From assembly GCA_034189135.1 (NCBI GenBank), contig JAXHVO010000006.1:1943-65942 (forward strand): a DNA stretch of 64,000 bases, read 5' to 3'. The notes beneath the pieces were generated by a model. That model had not been told where the DNA came from, did no database searches, and saw only the letters and a list, made by a program, of their open reading frames with translations. Positions 26,752-35,981 of the stretch are shown here, piece by piece. Origin of the DNA: Thermodesulfobacteriota bacterium (GTDB taxonomy: Bacteria > Desulfobacterota > Desulfobacteria > Desulfobacterales > JAUWMJ01). How positions within the stretch are numbered: position 1 is the stretch's first letter; each line of letters opens with the position of its first letter. The position numbers were made by a program, and so were the translations under genes.

Positions 26752-28041
26752 TTATTTTATCAAATCGCTGAACACTTCCTCTGCAGCCTTAATCGTTTGA
26801 TCAATGTGTTCATTTGTATGGGCCGAAGAAACAAAAAGGGCCTCGAACTGAGACGGAGCAAGATAAATCCCCTTGTCCAACATCCGTTTATAATAGGCGG
26901 AAAACATATTTAGATCACTGGTTTTGGCCTCGTCAAAGTTATTGACCTTTTTATCGGTAAAAAAGAGCCCCATCATTGAACCGACCCGGTCCACTGAAAC
27001 CTTTACACCTTCTTGTTGGGCAGCTTTTTTTAGACCGGCAGCCAGTCGGCTAGACTTTTGGTCGAGTTCCTGGTAAAACCCCGGTTTTTTTATCTGTTCA
27101 AGGGTGGCAATACCGGCCGCCATGGCCACGGGATTGCCGGAAAGCGTCCCCGCCTGGTAGATAGACCCCTGCGGAGCGATTTTTTCCATGATATCATGCC
27201 TGCCGCCATATGCGCCCACCGGCAAGCCGCCACCGATAATTTTTCCAAAACAGGATATATCCGGAGAAATTCCGTATAAGGATTGTGCCCCACCATAGGC
27301 GACTCTGAAACCGGTCATTACCTCATCAAATATAAGCAAGCTGCCGTTTTTCTCAGTCAGCTCCCGTAATCCTGCTAAAAAACCGTCCGCGGGCACCACC
27401 AGGCCCATGTTCCCCGCCACAGGCTCCACAATGATACAGGCTATGTTTTTCCCCTGCTCATCAATGATTTTTTTCACCCAATCAATGTCATTATAGGGTA
27501 GTGAAAGGGTGTGTCCGACAAACGATTCCGGCACACCTGGGCTTCCGGGAATGCCCAGTGTGGCAACTCCGGATCCTGCTTCCACCAGAAGTGAATCCGC
27601 ATGCCCATGATAGCATCCGTCAAATTTAATGATCTTATCCCGCCCGGTAACGCCGCGGGCGAGCCGTATGGCGCTCATGGTGGCTTCCGTACCGGAGTTT
27701 ACCATTCGCACCATCTCCACCGATTCAACCGCTTCAATAACAAGTTCGGCAAGCCGGACTTCAAGATCGGTTGGTGCGCCGAAACTGGTACCTCTCTTCA
27801 GGACATCCCCGATCGCTTGGACCACTTGAGGATGCCTATGCCCAAGGATCATCGGGCCCCATGAACCGATATAATCGATAAAGCGATTCCCGTCTGAATC
27901 ATAAACCATGCATCCGTCTGCACGATCGATGAAAAGCGGCTTTTCCCCCACCGATTTGCATGCACGTACGGGACTGTTGACACCCCCCGGGATCATACCC
28001 AAAGCCTTGTTAAAAAGTGCATCTGATTGTTCGCGTTTCAT
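26752..28041 (-). CDS. hemL: Glutamate-1-semialdehyde 2,1-aminomutase
   Basis: 429 aa with class-III aminotransferase motifs ([36 protein letters not shown], and the PLP Lys in CFGKIIGGG). Confidence 0.92.
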   Translation of the reverse strand: MKREQSDALFNKALGMIPGGVNSPVRACKSVGEKPLFIDRADGCMVYDSDGNRFIDYIGSWGPMILGHRHPQVVQAIGDVLKRGTSFGAPTDLEVRLAELVIEAVESVEMVRMVNSGTEATMSAIRLARGVTGRDKIIKFDGCYHGHADSLLVEAGSGVATLGIPGSPGVPESFVGHTLSLPYNDIDWVKKIIDEQGKNIACIIVEPVAGNMGLVVPADGFLAGLRELTEKNGSLLIFDEVMTGFRVAYGGAQSLYGISPDISCFGKIIGGGLPVGAYGGRHDIMEKIAPQGSIYQAGTLSGNPVAMAAGIATLEQIKKPGFYQELDQKSSRLAAGLKKAAQQEGVKVSVDRVGSMMGLFFTDKKVNNFDEAKTSDLNMFSAYYKRMLDKGIYLAPSQFEALFVSSAHTNEHIDQTIKAAEEVFSDLIK

Positions 28042-28275
28042 GTTAAATTCCTTTCCCTATTATTTCCAAACCTGTTGACATTTCTAATGATAAAGATAAA
28101 AAATATCAAACGGAATATACATATTTTTTTAAACAATGTAAATAGTACCGTTTATGAACGAATAATCAGTACCCATCACCAAACAAGAACAGGCGAAATC
28201 ACATATTTTGGGTTTTTGTGCTTTGGTGTAATTTTTCCAATCCCGCTTTTCATTTCTTTAAAAAGGTTTTAATAC

Positions 28276-29034
28276 ATGGGGCATCAAAAAAGATCTCCTC
28301 AGCAACTTGCCAAGCTTATTTTCTACATGCTGGGTCGCAAACCGGATGAGTTCGGACTGGTGCCGGATACGGATGGGTTTATCAAAATCAAGGAATTATT
28401 AAAGGCCCTTGGTGAAGAAGAAGGCTTAAGATATGTACGCAGGTTTCATATCGATGAAATCCTTTTGACCCTGCCTGACCCGCCCATTGAAATTTCACAA
28501 AACCTTGTCCGGGCAAAATCCCGTGAACATTTGCCTGAGCGGATACCGGCACCCAATCCCCCCAAACTCCTGTATACCTGCATCAGAAGAAAAGCGTATT
28601 CCGTTGTCATGGATAAAGGAGTATCCCCCATCGGCCGCGGGCATGTGATTCTTTCATCGGAGAAACAGCTGGCTGAAAAAATGGGAAACCGGATCGATAA
28701 CCCCCCGGTGCTCCTTACAGTTCAGACCCAAAAATCGGCTAACAATGGTGTGATATTCTTTCGCGCAGGCGATTCGCTTTTTATGGCGGACAGAATTCCT
28801 GCCGGCTGTTTTACCGGTCCGCCCCTGCCAAAAGAAACACCTGAGCCTAAAAAAGAAGATCCCTTAAAAAAAGAAAAACCAAAAAGCCTTCCAGGGACTT
28901 TCTTAATGGATCTAACCGATGAAAAAGACGGCCATAAGAGATCCAAACAGCAAAGAAGACGAAAGGAAATCGCCTGGAAAAAGGAAAGGAAAAGGATGAA
29001 ACGGAAAACAAAAAATAGGTGGGAATGGCAATGA
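28276..29034 (+). CDS. Tpt1/KptA-like (RNA 2'-phosphotransferase family) protein with divergent active-site residues and a basic C-terminal tail
   Basis: 252 aa. LAKLIFYMLGRKPDEFGLVPDTDGFIKIKELL parallels KptA [37 protein letters not shown] parallels FLYHGT, and GRGHVILS parallels ERHYVHLS. The tail is KKEDPLKKEKPK...KQQRRRKEIAWKKERKRMKRKTKN. Confidence 0.6.
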   Translation: MGHQKRSPQQLAKLIFYMLGRKPDEFGLVPDTDGFIKIKELLKALGEEEGLRYVRRFHIDEILLTLPDPPIEISQNLVRAKSREHLPERIPAPNPPKLLYTCIRRKAYSVVMDKGVSPIGRGHVILSSEKQLAEKMGNRIDNPPVLLTVQTQKSANNGVIFFRAGDSLFMADRIPAGCFTGPPLPKETPEPKKEDPLKKEKPKSLPGTFLMDLTDEKDGHKRSKQQRRRKEIAWKKERKRMKRKTKNRWEWQ

Positions 29035-29144
29035 GCTTTATTGCTGTGACCCAACCCGGTGATCCGATTGTTTTTGTCAAAAAATAAATTGACAGTCAGT
29101 TTTAAAACTGATACCAAGCTTACCGTCTGTTTGCATCCCTTACC

Positions 29145-29221
29145 GGGCCGTTAGCTCAACTAGGCAGAGCACCTGACTCTTAATCAGTAGGTTGAAGGTT
29201 CGATTCCTTCACGGCCCACCA
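29145..29221 (+). tRNA. tRNA-Lys (anticodon CUU), CCA encoded
   Basis: GGGCCGTTAGCTCAACTAGGCAGAGCACCTGACTCTTAATCAGTAGGTTGAAGGTTCGATTCCTTCACGGCCCACCA. Acceptor is GGGCCGT/ACGGCCC, the loop is CTCTTAA and the T-arm is GAAGG-TTCGATT-CCTTC. Confidence 0.88.
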
Positions 29222-29556
29222 TAAATTTTTTTTCAGTAAACACCTGCCCGGAAAAAATCCAGATTTTCCTCTGAATCGATCATTACCACAGCTGTTACAT
29301 AAATTTCACATCTGGAAATAACAGTCTCTTGATTTGAAACAGATTTTCAGTTATAATTAGTGTTTATCTTTATTTTAAATCAATCGGATTCGAACTATCA
29401 TCCGGATGGTTTTGGAGCGTTTATTTGCCAAGGGTACAAAATATTAAAAAATGTCCTGGCTATGATTTAATTTTTCCGAAATTAGATAAATGCATAAAAT
29501 CATAAATCCCAAACCTTACCAAACGACAAACATCTTTTATAGATGATCCAGGGACA

Positions 29557-32310
29557 ATGATGGCTGAAAAACCGACCTATGAAGAATTGGAAAAAAGAAT
29601 CCTCGAGTTAGAAAGCGCTGGATTGGAGCGGAAGCCGGCAGAGGAATGGCAGCGAGACAGCGAGCAATTGATGACCGACATATTTGAAAGTATTCAGGAT
29701 GGCATTTCTGTTTTAAATCCTGATCTTTCTATCCGCCATGTGAATGGTGTCATGAAAAAATGGTATTCGGCAAACCTTCCCCTTGAAGGCAAAAAGTGTT
29801 TCCAGTGCTATCAGAATGCCAACAAGCCCTGCAACCCATGCCCCACACTGCGATGTCTCCAATCAGGGAAGACGGAAATGGATATAGTGGCTGGACTCCC
29901 GGGTAGTGATATTGAGTGGATACAACTTTTCAGCTATCCGATTAAAGATCGGAATTTAGATAAAATAACAGGGGTGGTGGAATTTGTCCGTAACATCACC
30001 GAAAGAAAGAAAAGGGAAAACGCATTAAAAGAAAGCGAGAAAAGATTAAACATCATATACGAATCTGCACCTGATGCATACTACATCAATGATTTTGCTG
30101 GTGTGTTTGTTGACGGAAATAATGCTGCAGAGAAGCTGCTGGGATATTCCAGAGAAGAGCTCGTCGGCAAGAACCTTGCGGAAGTCGGATTATTGCCCGA
30201 GCATGAGGTTGAAAGAGCAATCAAAGCCTTAAACGAAAATATTAATGGAAAAGGCACCGGACCGGACGAGTATACCCTGAAAAGGAAGGACGGCACCATG
30301 GTCCCAGTGGAAATATCCACCCATCCGGTAAAAATGGGTGGCGAAGACAGGGTGCTGGGCATCGCAAGAGACATCACTTTACGTAAAAAGGCTATGGAAG
30401 AAAACCTCAAACGCCAGCAATACCTCGAATCGGTGTTGTATCACGCACCCGACGCCATCATTACCCTGGATTCTGAACACCGGGTGGTCGACTGGAATCG
30501 CGGCGCGGTCAATATATTCGGCTATACCCCAAAAGAAGCCATCGGCATTAACTTGGACGATCTGATTGCCCCCGAAGAAAGTCACATCGAGGCCGGCGGA
30601 AAGACCCGGCAGGTACTGTCCGGAAAACGGGTGGAGGCGTTTGAAACGGTACGCTACCGAAAAGACGGGACGCCGGTGCAGGTGATTGCCTCCGGTTCTC
30701 CCATTATGATAAACGGAGCCATTGCCGGAGTGGTGGCTGTGTATACCGATATTAGCGACCGGACGCGGGCCGAAGTCGCACTGAAAGAAAGTGAGCAAAA
30801 GTTTCGAACCCTGGTTCAACAATCGCCGTTCGGAATCTCCCTGATCGAAAAGGATGGCCGCTACCTTTATGCCAACCCTGAATTTAGAAAAATGTTCGGA
30901 TATACCATCGAAGATATCCCCACCGGTGCCGCCTGGTTTGAGAAAGTTTATCCGGACAAAGCGTATCGGGACAAGGTGATTCAAACATGGAAAGCAGACC
31001 TTAAACAAACCGCCTCCGGACATCCGCGACCGCGAGCGTTTACAGTCACATGTAAGGATGGAACCTGTAAAGACATCTATTTCAGGCCGGTCACTATGGA
31101 AAACATGAACCAGTTTGTCATTTACGAGGACATCACCGAAAAGACAAAACTGGAGCGACAGCTCCAGCAGACCCAGAAATTTGAAGCCATTGGCACGCTT
31201 GCCGGTGGAATCGCTCATGATTTCAACAATCTGCTTATGGGGCTCCAGGGCCGGGCCTCACTCATGTCGGTTGACCTTGAATCTTCCCACCCCCATTGGG
31301 AACATGTCAAAGCCATCGAGGATTACGTCCGCAGCGCGACCGATCTGACCAAACAGCTTTTGGGTTTTGCCCGGGGAGGCAAATATGAAGTGCGACCCAT
31401 CGACATCAATGAACTACTGCATGAAAGTGCAACCATGTTCGGCCGGACGAAAAAAGAAATACGTATCCACACCAAATTGCAAAATCCACCACCGGTGGTT
31501 GAGGCAGATCGGAGGCAAATCGAGCAAGTCCTGCTGAACCTGTATGTTAACGCATGGCAGGCCATGCCGGATGGCGGTGAGCTCTATCTGGAAACCAAAA
31601 TCTTCACTTTGGACGATGCTCGCTGTAAATCCTACCAGCTGGAACCGGGCCACTATGTCAAGATTTCGGTTACAGACACCGGCATCGGTATGGACGAGTC
31701 TGTCTGCCAGCGCATTTTCGATCCGTTTTTCACCACCAAAGAAAAAGCGCGTGGAACCGGATTGGGATTGTCCTCGGCCTATGGAATCATTAAAAACCAC
31801 GCCGGCACCATTACGGTATACAGTGAGGTCAATCAGGGAAGCACCTTTAACATCTATTTGCCGGTATCCCAGGCAGCGGCATATCGAGATGATGGTCCCA
31901 CAGAAAATCATCTTGTCAAAGGATCGGAAACCGTTCTGTTGGTTGACGATGAAGACATGATCATTAAGGTAGCCCGGGCCATGCTGAAAAAATTGGGTTA
32001 CCGTGTGGTGGTGGCAAAAGATGGCGAGCAGGCGGTGGATACGGTCAATACAAAGGGCGACCAAATTGACCTGGTCATCCTCGACCTGATCATGCCGGGG
32101 ATGAAAGGCGGCGAGACTTTTGATCTCATTCATAAAATTCAACCGGCGATGCCGGTGATACTTTCCAGTGGTTACTCTCTCAACGGTCAGGCACAGGAGG
32201 TGATGCAACGGGGATGTAACGGATTTATTCAAAAACCATTCAACATTTCTGAATTATCTCAAAAAGTTCGAACAATCCTGGATGAAGCCAACAGCGTTGC
32301 TAAAGGATAG
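29557..32310 (+). CDS. Multi-PAS hybrid sensor histidine kinase / response regulator
   Basis: 917 aa with several PAS/PAC modules. The H-box is GGIAHDFNNLL. HATPase motifs are LNLYVNAWQAM, DTGIGM and GTGLGLS. The C-terminal REC has VLLVDDED and DLVILDLIMPGMKG. Confidence 0.9.
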   Translation: MMAEKPTYEELEKRILELESAGLERKPAEEWQRDSEQLMTDIFESIQDGISVLNPDLSIRHVNGVMKKWYSANLPLEGKKCFQCYQNANKPCNPCPTLRCLQSGKTEMDIVAGLPGSDIEWIQLFSYPIKDRNLDKITGVVEFVRNITERKKRENALKESEKRLNIIYESAPDAYYINDFAGVFVDGNNAAEKLLGYSREELVGKNLAEVGLLPEHEVERAIKALNENINGKGTGPDEYTLKRKDGTMVPVEISTHPVKMGGEDRVLGIARDITLRKKAMEENLKRQQYLESVLYHAPDAIITLDSEHRVVDWNRGAVNIFGYTPKEAIGINLDDLIAPEESHIEAGGKTRQVLSGKRVEAFETVRYRKDGTPVQVIASGSPIMINGAIAGVVAVYTDISDRTRAEVALKESEQKFRTLVQQSPFGISLIEKDGRYLYANPEFRKMFGYTIEDIPTGAAWFEKVYPDKAYRDKVIQTWKADLKQTASGHPRPRAFTVTCKDGTCKDIYFRPVTMENMNQFVIYEDITEKTKLERQLQQTQKFEAIGTLAGGIAHDFNNLLMGLQGRASLMSVDLESSHPHWEHVKAIEDYVRSATDLTKQLLGFARGGKYEVRPIDINELLHESATMFGRTKKEIRIHTKLQNPPPVVEADRRQIEQVLLNLYVNAWQAMPDGGELYLETKIFTLDDARCKSYQLEPGHYVKISVTDTGIGMDESVCQRIFDPFFTTKEKARGTGLGLSSAYGIIKNHAGTITVYSEVNQGSTFNIYLPVSQAAAYRDDGPTENHLVKGSETVLLVDDEDMIIKVARAMLKKLGYRVVVAKDGEQAVDTVNTKGDQIDLVILDLIMPGMKGGETFDLIHKIQPAMPVILSSGYSLNGQAQEVMQRGCNGFIQKPFNISELSQKVRTILDEANSVAKG

Positions 32311-33547
32311 AAACCCTCTTTACCAGCAGACCGGCATGGGTAATGGCTGCGATTGAACCAGAACAACTTTCAATGTCATGCTTTGCTCGACTCATGGTTA
32401 TTTTGTTCACTCCGATCGTTTGGCATACATCGTTATTTAGTTGAGTCACCACACCGATATTTATGCGGCGAAGTTTTGACATCATGGAAAGTGCGGTTCC
32501 TCCGTTTCCTGCATAATTTTTTGCTAGCCGGTCAAACGCCCTTTCCCATGTTCCGATTTCAAACCACGGCAGAAATGTTTTTGAACCGATACCGTCATGG
32601 CATTCGGCCAGCACGATCAAATTTCCTCCATCATTTACAAACATAGCGGCATGATGCAGAGCCTTATGACTTTGAATGAAATTGATATCTTTCGGATATC
32701 CCCCGCAGGAAGCAATGACCAGATCATAATTTTTATCAGTAACTATCTCGCAATTTTTCCCGTGTTCTGTGCATGCCTTTTGAAAATGCCCTTTCCCGCT
32801 GCCAACCAATAAATCACTGACATTTCCCCTGCGGTCAATAATTCCGTGAATGGACAAATCCGCCGGACAAAAGGTTTCATACTCCGCCAAATCTTCTGCC
32901 AGGGGATTTCCATCAAGCACACCCGGCATACAGGATAGGGAAAGTGTTCTGTTTTGTCTGTCTAAAAACAATCCATGGTTTTTATAAATCGCCTCCAATC
33001 GTCCCAACCCAGGAAAAATCAATTTCCGCCCTCCACCATATCCGGCAAAATAGTGGTGGGAGACCGCACCAAAGGTAATAATAAAACTTGAATCTAAAAT
33101 ATCCCTGCGAATATAAACCGGAGTGCCGCGCTTGGTTTCACCCAATTTTTTAAAAAGGGCGTGATCTCGACAATCATGGTGAACAAAAGTATAATTCTTG
33201 TACGTATCTCCGTAAAGCGCGTAAGATTCATCATCGGTTTGACGCATGTGGGTGCCGTAAGCAATATACAGTGAGATATTGTCTGTTTTCGCCCCGAACG
33301 CTTTAAGCGTTTCAATTAACACCGGCAGCAGAAGCGGATAGCCGCAAAGACGGGTTTTATCTGCAACCACGATAGCGACATCAGAAAAATCGGGCCGTAA
33401 TCGTTCAAGCTCGCCTTCCAGTCGGCTTTTAAACTCTGCAGGTGTTATGTTAGCATCGGATTTATTTATCTCATAAATCCTATCATGATCCGGCAGTTTA
33501 AATTGAAACTCCTCTTTACCGTATTTCAACAATACTTTTTGGGACAT
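32300..33547 (-). CDS. LarA-like (lactate racemase N-terminal domain, DUF2088) protein
   Basis: 415 aa with LarA-like architecture (VADKTRLCGYP.., AYGTHMRQT.., SHHYFAGYGGGRKLIFPG). Its 3' end overlaps the convergent kinase gene by 11 nt. Confidence 0.7.
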   Translation of the reverse strand: MSQKVLLKYGKEEFQFKLPDHDRIYEINKSDANITPAEFKSRLEGELERLRPDFSDVAIVVADKTRLCGYPLLLPVLIETLKAFGAKTDNISLYIAYGTHMRQTDDESYALYGDTYKNYTFVHHDCRDHALFKKLGETKRGTPVYIRRDILDSSFIITFGAVSHHYFAGYGGGRKLIFPGLGRLEAIYKNHGLFLDRQNRTLSLSCMPGVLDGNPLAEDLAEYETFCPADLSIHGIIDRRGNVSDLLVGSGKGHFQKACTEHGKNCEIVTDKNYDLVIASCGGYPKDINFIQSHKALHHAAMFVNDGGNLIVLAECHDGIGSKTFLPWFEIGTWERAFDRLAKNYAGNGGTALSMMSKLRRINIGVVTQLNNDVCQTIGVNKITMSRAKHDIESCSGSIAAITHAGLLVKRVSIL

Positions 33548-33728
33548 CCAGTTAATTCCTTAAAAATTTATATCATTAGAGCCGAATTCAAGGGCCGATC
33601 GCCTCATTTCCCAGTATTGCCCTGTCCTACAAAAGAGCATATATTTTAAAAAAAAGAAGTTGCCAAGCATTACAGTAGTTGTAATAAATTTTCCTGCACG
33701 ACTAGATATAACGAAGCACGAACCTAAA

Positions 33729-33968
33729 GTTCGACCGGGGAGTTGCCTATAGGCCCGTTACCAGACTTAACAATTTTATCTATAAATGAAAGTACGGCAG
33801 CTATCTCGCTTCAATTAGATTTGAGCCAGCCCCAGGGGGAAGAATCCCACGGCGGCGTTGATCGTCTCTGCCTATGTGGATTTAACTGAGAAGATAGGGG
33901 GCGTTTTAAGATACCGATCTCATTTGTTATGTCTGGTAACGGGCCTATAGGCAACTCCCCGGTCGAAC
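33729..33968. repeat. 240-bp palindromic element with perfect 38-bp terminal inverted repeats (MITE-like; an invertible segment or a long-hairpin RNA are alternatives)
   Basis: 33729-33766 is gttcgaccggggagttgcctataggcccgttaccagac. 33931-33968 is its exact reverse complement. After one mismatch, pairing extends inward about 6 more bp. The element is intergenic between the LarA-like and CBS genes. Confidence 0.85.
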
Positions 33969-34099
33969 CGAGCTAAGATTGAAAAACGAGTGTTTGTTTC
34001 TGATAAATATATTAATACGGTGACCCTGGTTCTTATTGCTTGCTCCCTTGATGCTGTTTGTGTATGATAAAAGTGATACCTTTGGAACAGGAGGAAACC

Positions 34100-34564
34100 A
34101 TGATTACTGTTAGAGACATTATGACCGACGAACTCATCACCCTTACCCAGGATATGGATATTGCCGGAGCGGCTAAAATTCTACTCGATAACCGGATTAA
34201 CGGTGCGCCGGTAGTGGACGATAGCGGACAACTGGTGGGCATTCTGTGTCAAAGCGATTTGATTACCCAGCAAAAAAAGCTGCCAATCCCCACCCTTTTT
34301 ACCTTTCTCGACGGTCTCATCCGGTTGACCTCTATGAAACAGCTGGAAAAGCAGGTCGGTAAAATCGCAGCCCTGCGGGTTTCGGAAGCCATGACCCCTA
34401 AACCGGTTACGGTAACCCCTGACACCAGGCTTGACACCGTAGCCGCCCTGATGGTGGACAACAATTTTCATACCCTGCCCGTGGTCGATGGCCCGAAACT
34501 GATTGGAGTCATCGGTAAAGAGGATGTGCTTCGCACCCTTCTACCCACCAGTAAAAACCATTGA
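34100..34564 (+). CDS. CBS-pair domain protein
   Basis: Two CBS motifs (VRDIMTDELITL..., VSEAMTPKPVTV...HTLPVVDG..LIGVIGKEDVL). I set the start at ATG 34100, which follows AGGAGGAAACC. Confidence 0.85.
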   Translation: MITVRDIMTDELITLTQDMDIAGAAKILLDNRINGAPVVDDSGQLVGILCQSDLITQQKKLPIPTLFTFLDGLIRLTSMKQLEKQVGKIAALRVSEAMTPKPVTVTPDTRLDTVAALMVDNNFHTLPVVDGPKLIGVIGKEDVLRTLLPTSKNH

Positions 34565-34593
34565 AAGTTGTATATTATTGCCTTATCGCCTGT

Positions 34594-34860
34594 TCACAGT
34601 CTAACACGTAAAATCATAATGGTAAAAAAGACCAGGCCCAGCAGGGAAAAATACAGACCATTGAGGATTCTTTGATATTTCATTTTAAGTATCTGGTCGG
34701 GTTCATTACGAATCAAATCTTTGAATTTCCGATAGTCCCCAAGCGAACCCTTAATCACATCCACTGTTTGTCCTTTTTCTTTCAAGATCATCTTGATTTG
34801 TTGCAAATTATACAGGGTAAAAACTACGGTGAAGATCAATGCAAACTCGAGCAGTCCCAT
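34594..34860 (-). CDS. Small membrane protein, 2 TM (hypothetical)
   Basis: I prefer Met29 of the track ORF (MGLLEFALIFTVVF...), which is preceded by AAGGA. It has two hydrophobic segments. Confidence 0.45.
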   Translation of the reverse strand: MGLLEFALIFTVVFTLYNLQQIKMILKEKGQTVDVIKGSLGDYRKFKDLIRNEPDQILKMKYQRILNGLYFSLLGLVFFTIMILRVRL

Positions 34861-35102
34861 GGCAATATTTTCCTTTTGTTGGTGATATGAGACCTTTGAA
34901 AAATGGTAATTTTTGTTCGAGTTCAAGAAAGGCGAAAATTTCAACCACAGGAATATATTGAATATTTCGAGGATTGAAATTTGAGCCTGACGCAGAAATC
35001 GGACAAAAAGTGCCGTTTTGCAAAAGTCTCGATATAAAGTGTCTCTACAGCCATACCATCCGTATTGGCCAGCACCATGTCTTCTGGCCAGGCGGTCTCA
35101 TT

Positions 35103-35939
35103 TTACTGTCCCATTGCGCCGTAACTGTGCAACCCGGGCAATAGGTTTACCCCAAAATAGGTAAAAAGAACCGCTGCAAAACCGGCGATGGAAAGGTAGG
35201 CAATCCTTTTGCCATGCCATCCCCGCATCATCTTGGCATGCAACAGTGTGGCGTAGACAAACCATGTAATAAGTGACCATGTCTCTTTAGGATCCCAGCC
35301 CCAGTAACGCCCCCAGGCCGAATTGGCCCAAACCGCCCCGGTGATGATACCTATGGAAAGGAAAAGAAATCCTAACATGATCATCTGATAGGTCAGTTCA
35401 TCGAGTGTATTTGTGTTAGGAAATCGTTTGAGCAAAAGGCTTTTCTCTTTAGTATCGATTTTTTTGATGATGAACATCAGGCTTGTTCCAAAAGCGATGG
35501 CAAAGGAAGCATAACCAATAAAGCAGGTAATTACGTGGGCAATCAGCCAATTACTTTTTAATGCAGGTATCAGAGGCTGTATGCGATCACTGATCAGGGA
35601 GGCATACGCCATGGCAAAAAAAGCAAGTGGTGTCACAAATGCGCCTATGGTACGATTTTTATATTTTTGCTCAACAAACAGATAAATGATTAGAATGGTC
35701 CATGAAAAAAAGACCAGGGACTCATACAGATTGGAAAGGGGGGCATGACCGATACCCATCTGGTAGGATTCTATCCATCTTAACATAATGCCTGCCGTAT
35801 TACCTGCCAGTCCTAAAACTGCCGCCCAGAAAGCCGCCTTACCAGGGGTTTCCTTTTTAAAAACCCACGACACAATATATAAAAAGGCTGCCAATCCGTA
35901 AACAAAGGTGGTCACTGATAATATCATTGAGCTGTTCAT
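35103..35939 (-). CDS. ccsA: Cytochrome c biogenesis protein CcsA (System II heme lyase subunit)
   Basis: 278 aa membrane protein with the WWD/tryptophan-rich motif WANSAWGRYWGWDPKETW and conserved His residues. Confidence 0.9.
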   Translation of the reverse strand: MNSSMILSVTTFVYGLAAFLYIVSWVFKKETPGKAAFWAAVLGLAGNTAGIMLRWIESYQMGIGHAPLSNLYESLVFFSWTILIIYLFVEQKYKNRTIGAFVTPLAFFAMAYASLISDRIQPLIPALKSNWLIAHVITCFIGYASFAIAFGTSLMFIIKKIDTKEKSLLLKRFPNTNTLDELTYQMIMLGFLFLSIGIITGAVWANSAWGRYWGWDPKETWSLITWFVYATLLHAKMMRGWHGKRIAYLSIAGFAAVLFTYFGVNLLPGLHSYGAMGQ

Positions 35940-35981
35940 AATATTTTTTACCTCATTACTTCAATTCTCAAGTATGAATCC

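Noticed and set aside
30379-32232. Long antisense ORFs (279 aa and 272 aa) inside the hybrid histidine kinase gene.
   Set aside because: They are shadow ORFs opposite a well-supported 917-aa gene, with no recognisable motifs and odd composition.
33767-33930. Tried to match the 164-nt core of the palindromic element to known RNAs (riboswitches such as cobalamin or c-di-GMP, 6S, SRP, RNase P, tmRNA).
   Set aside because: I could not find any characteristic conserved boxes by eye. It is left unassigned rather than named.
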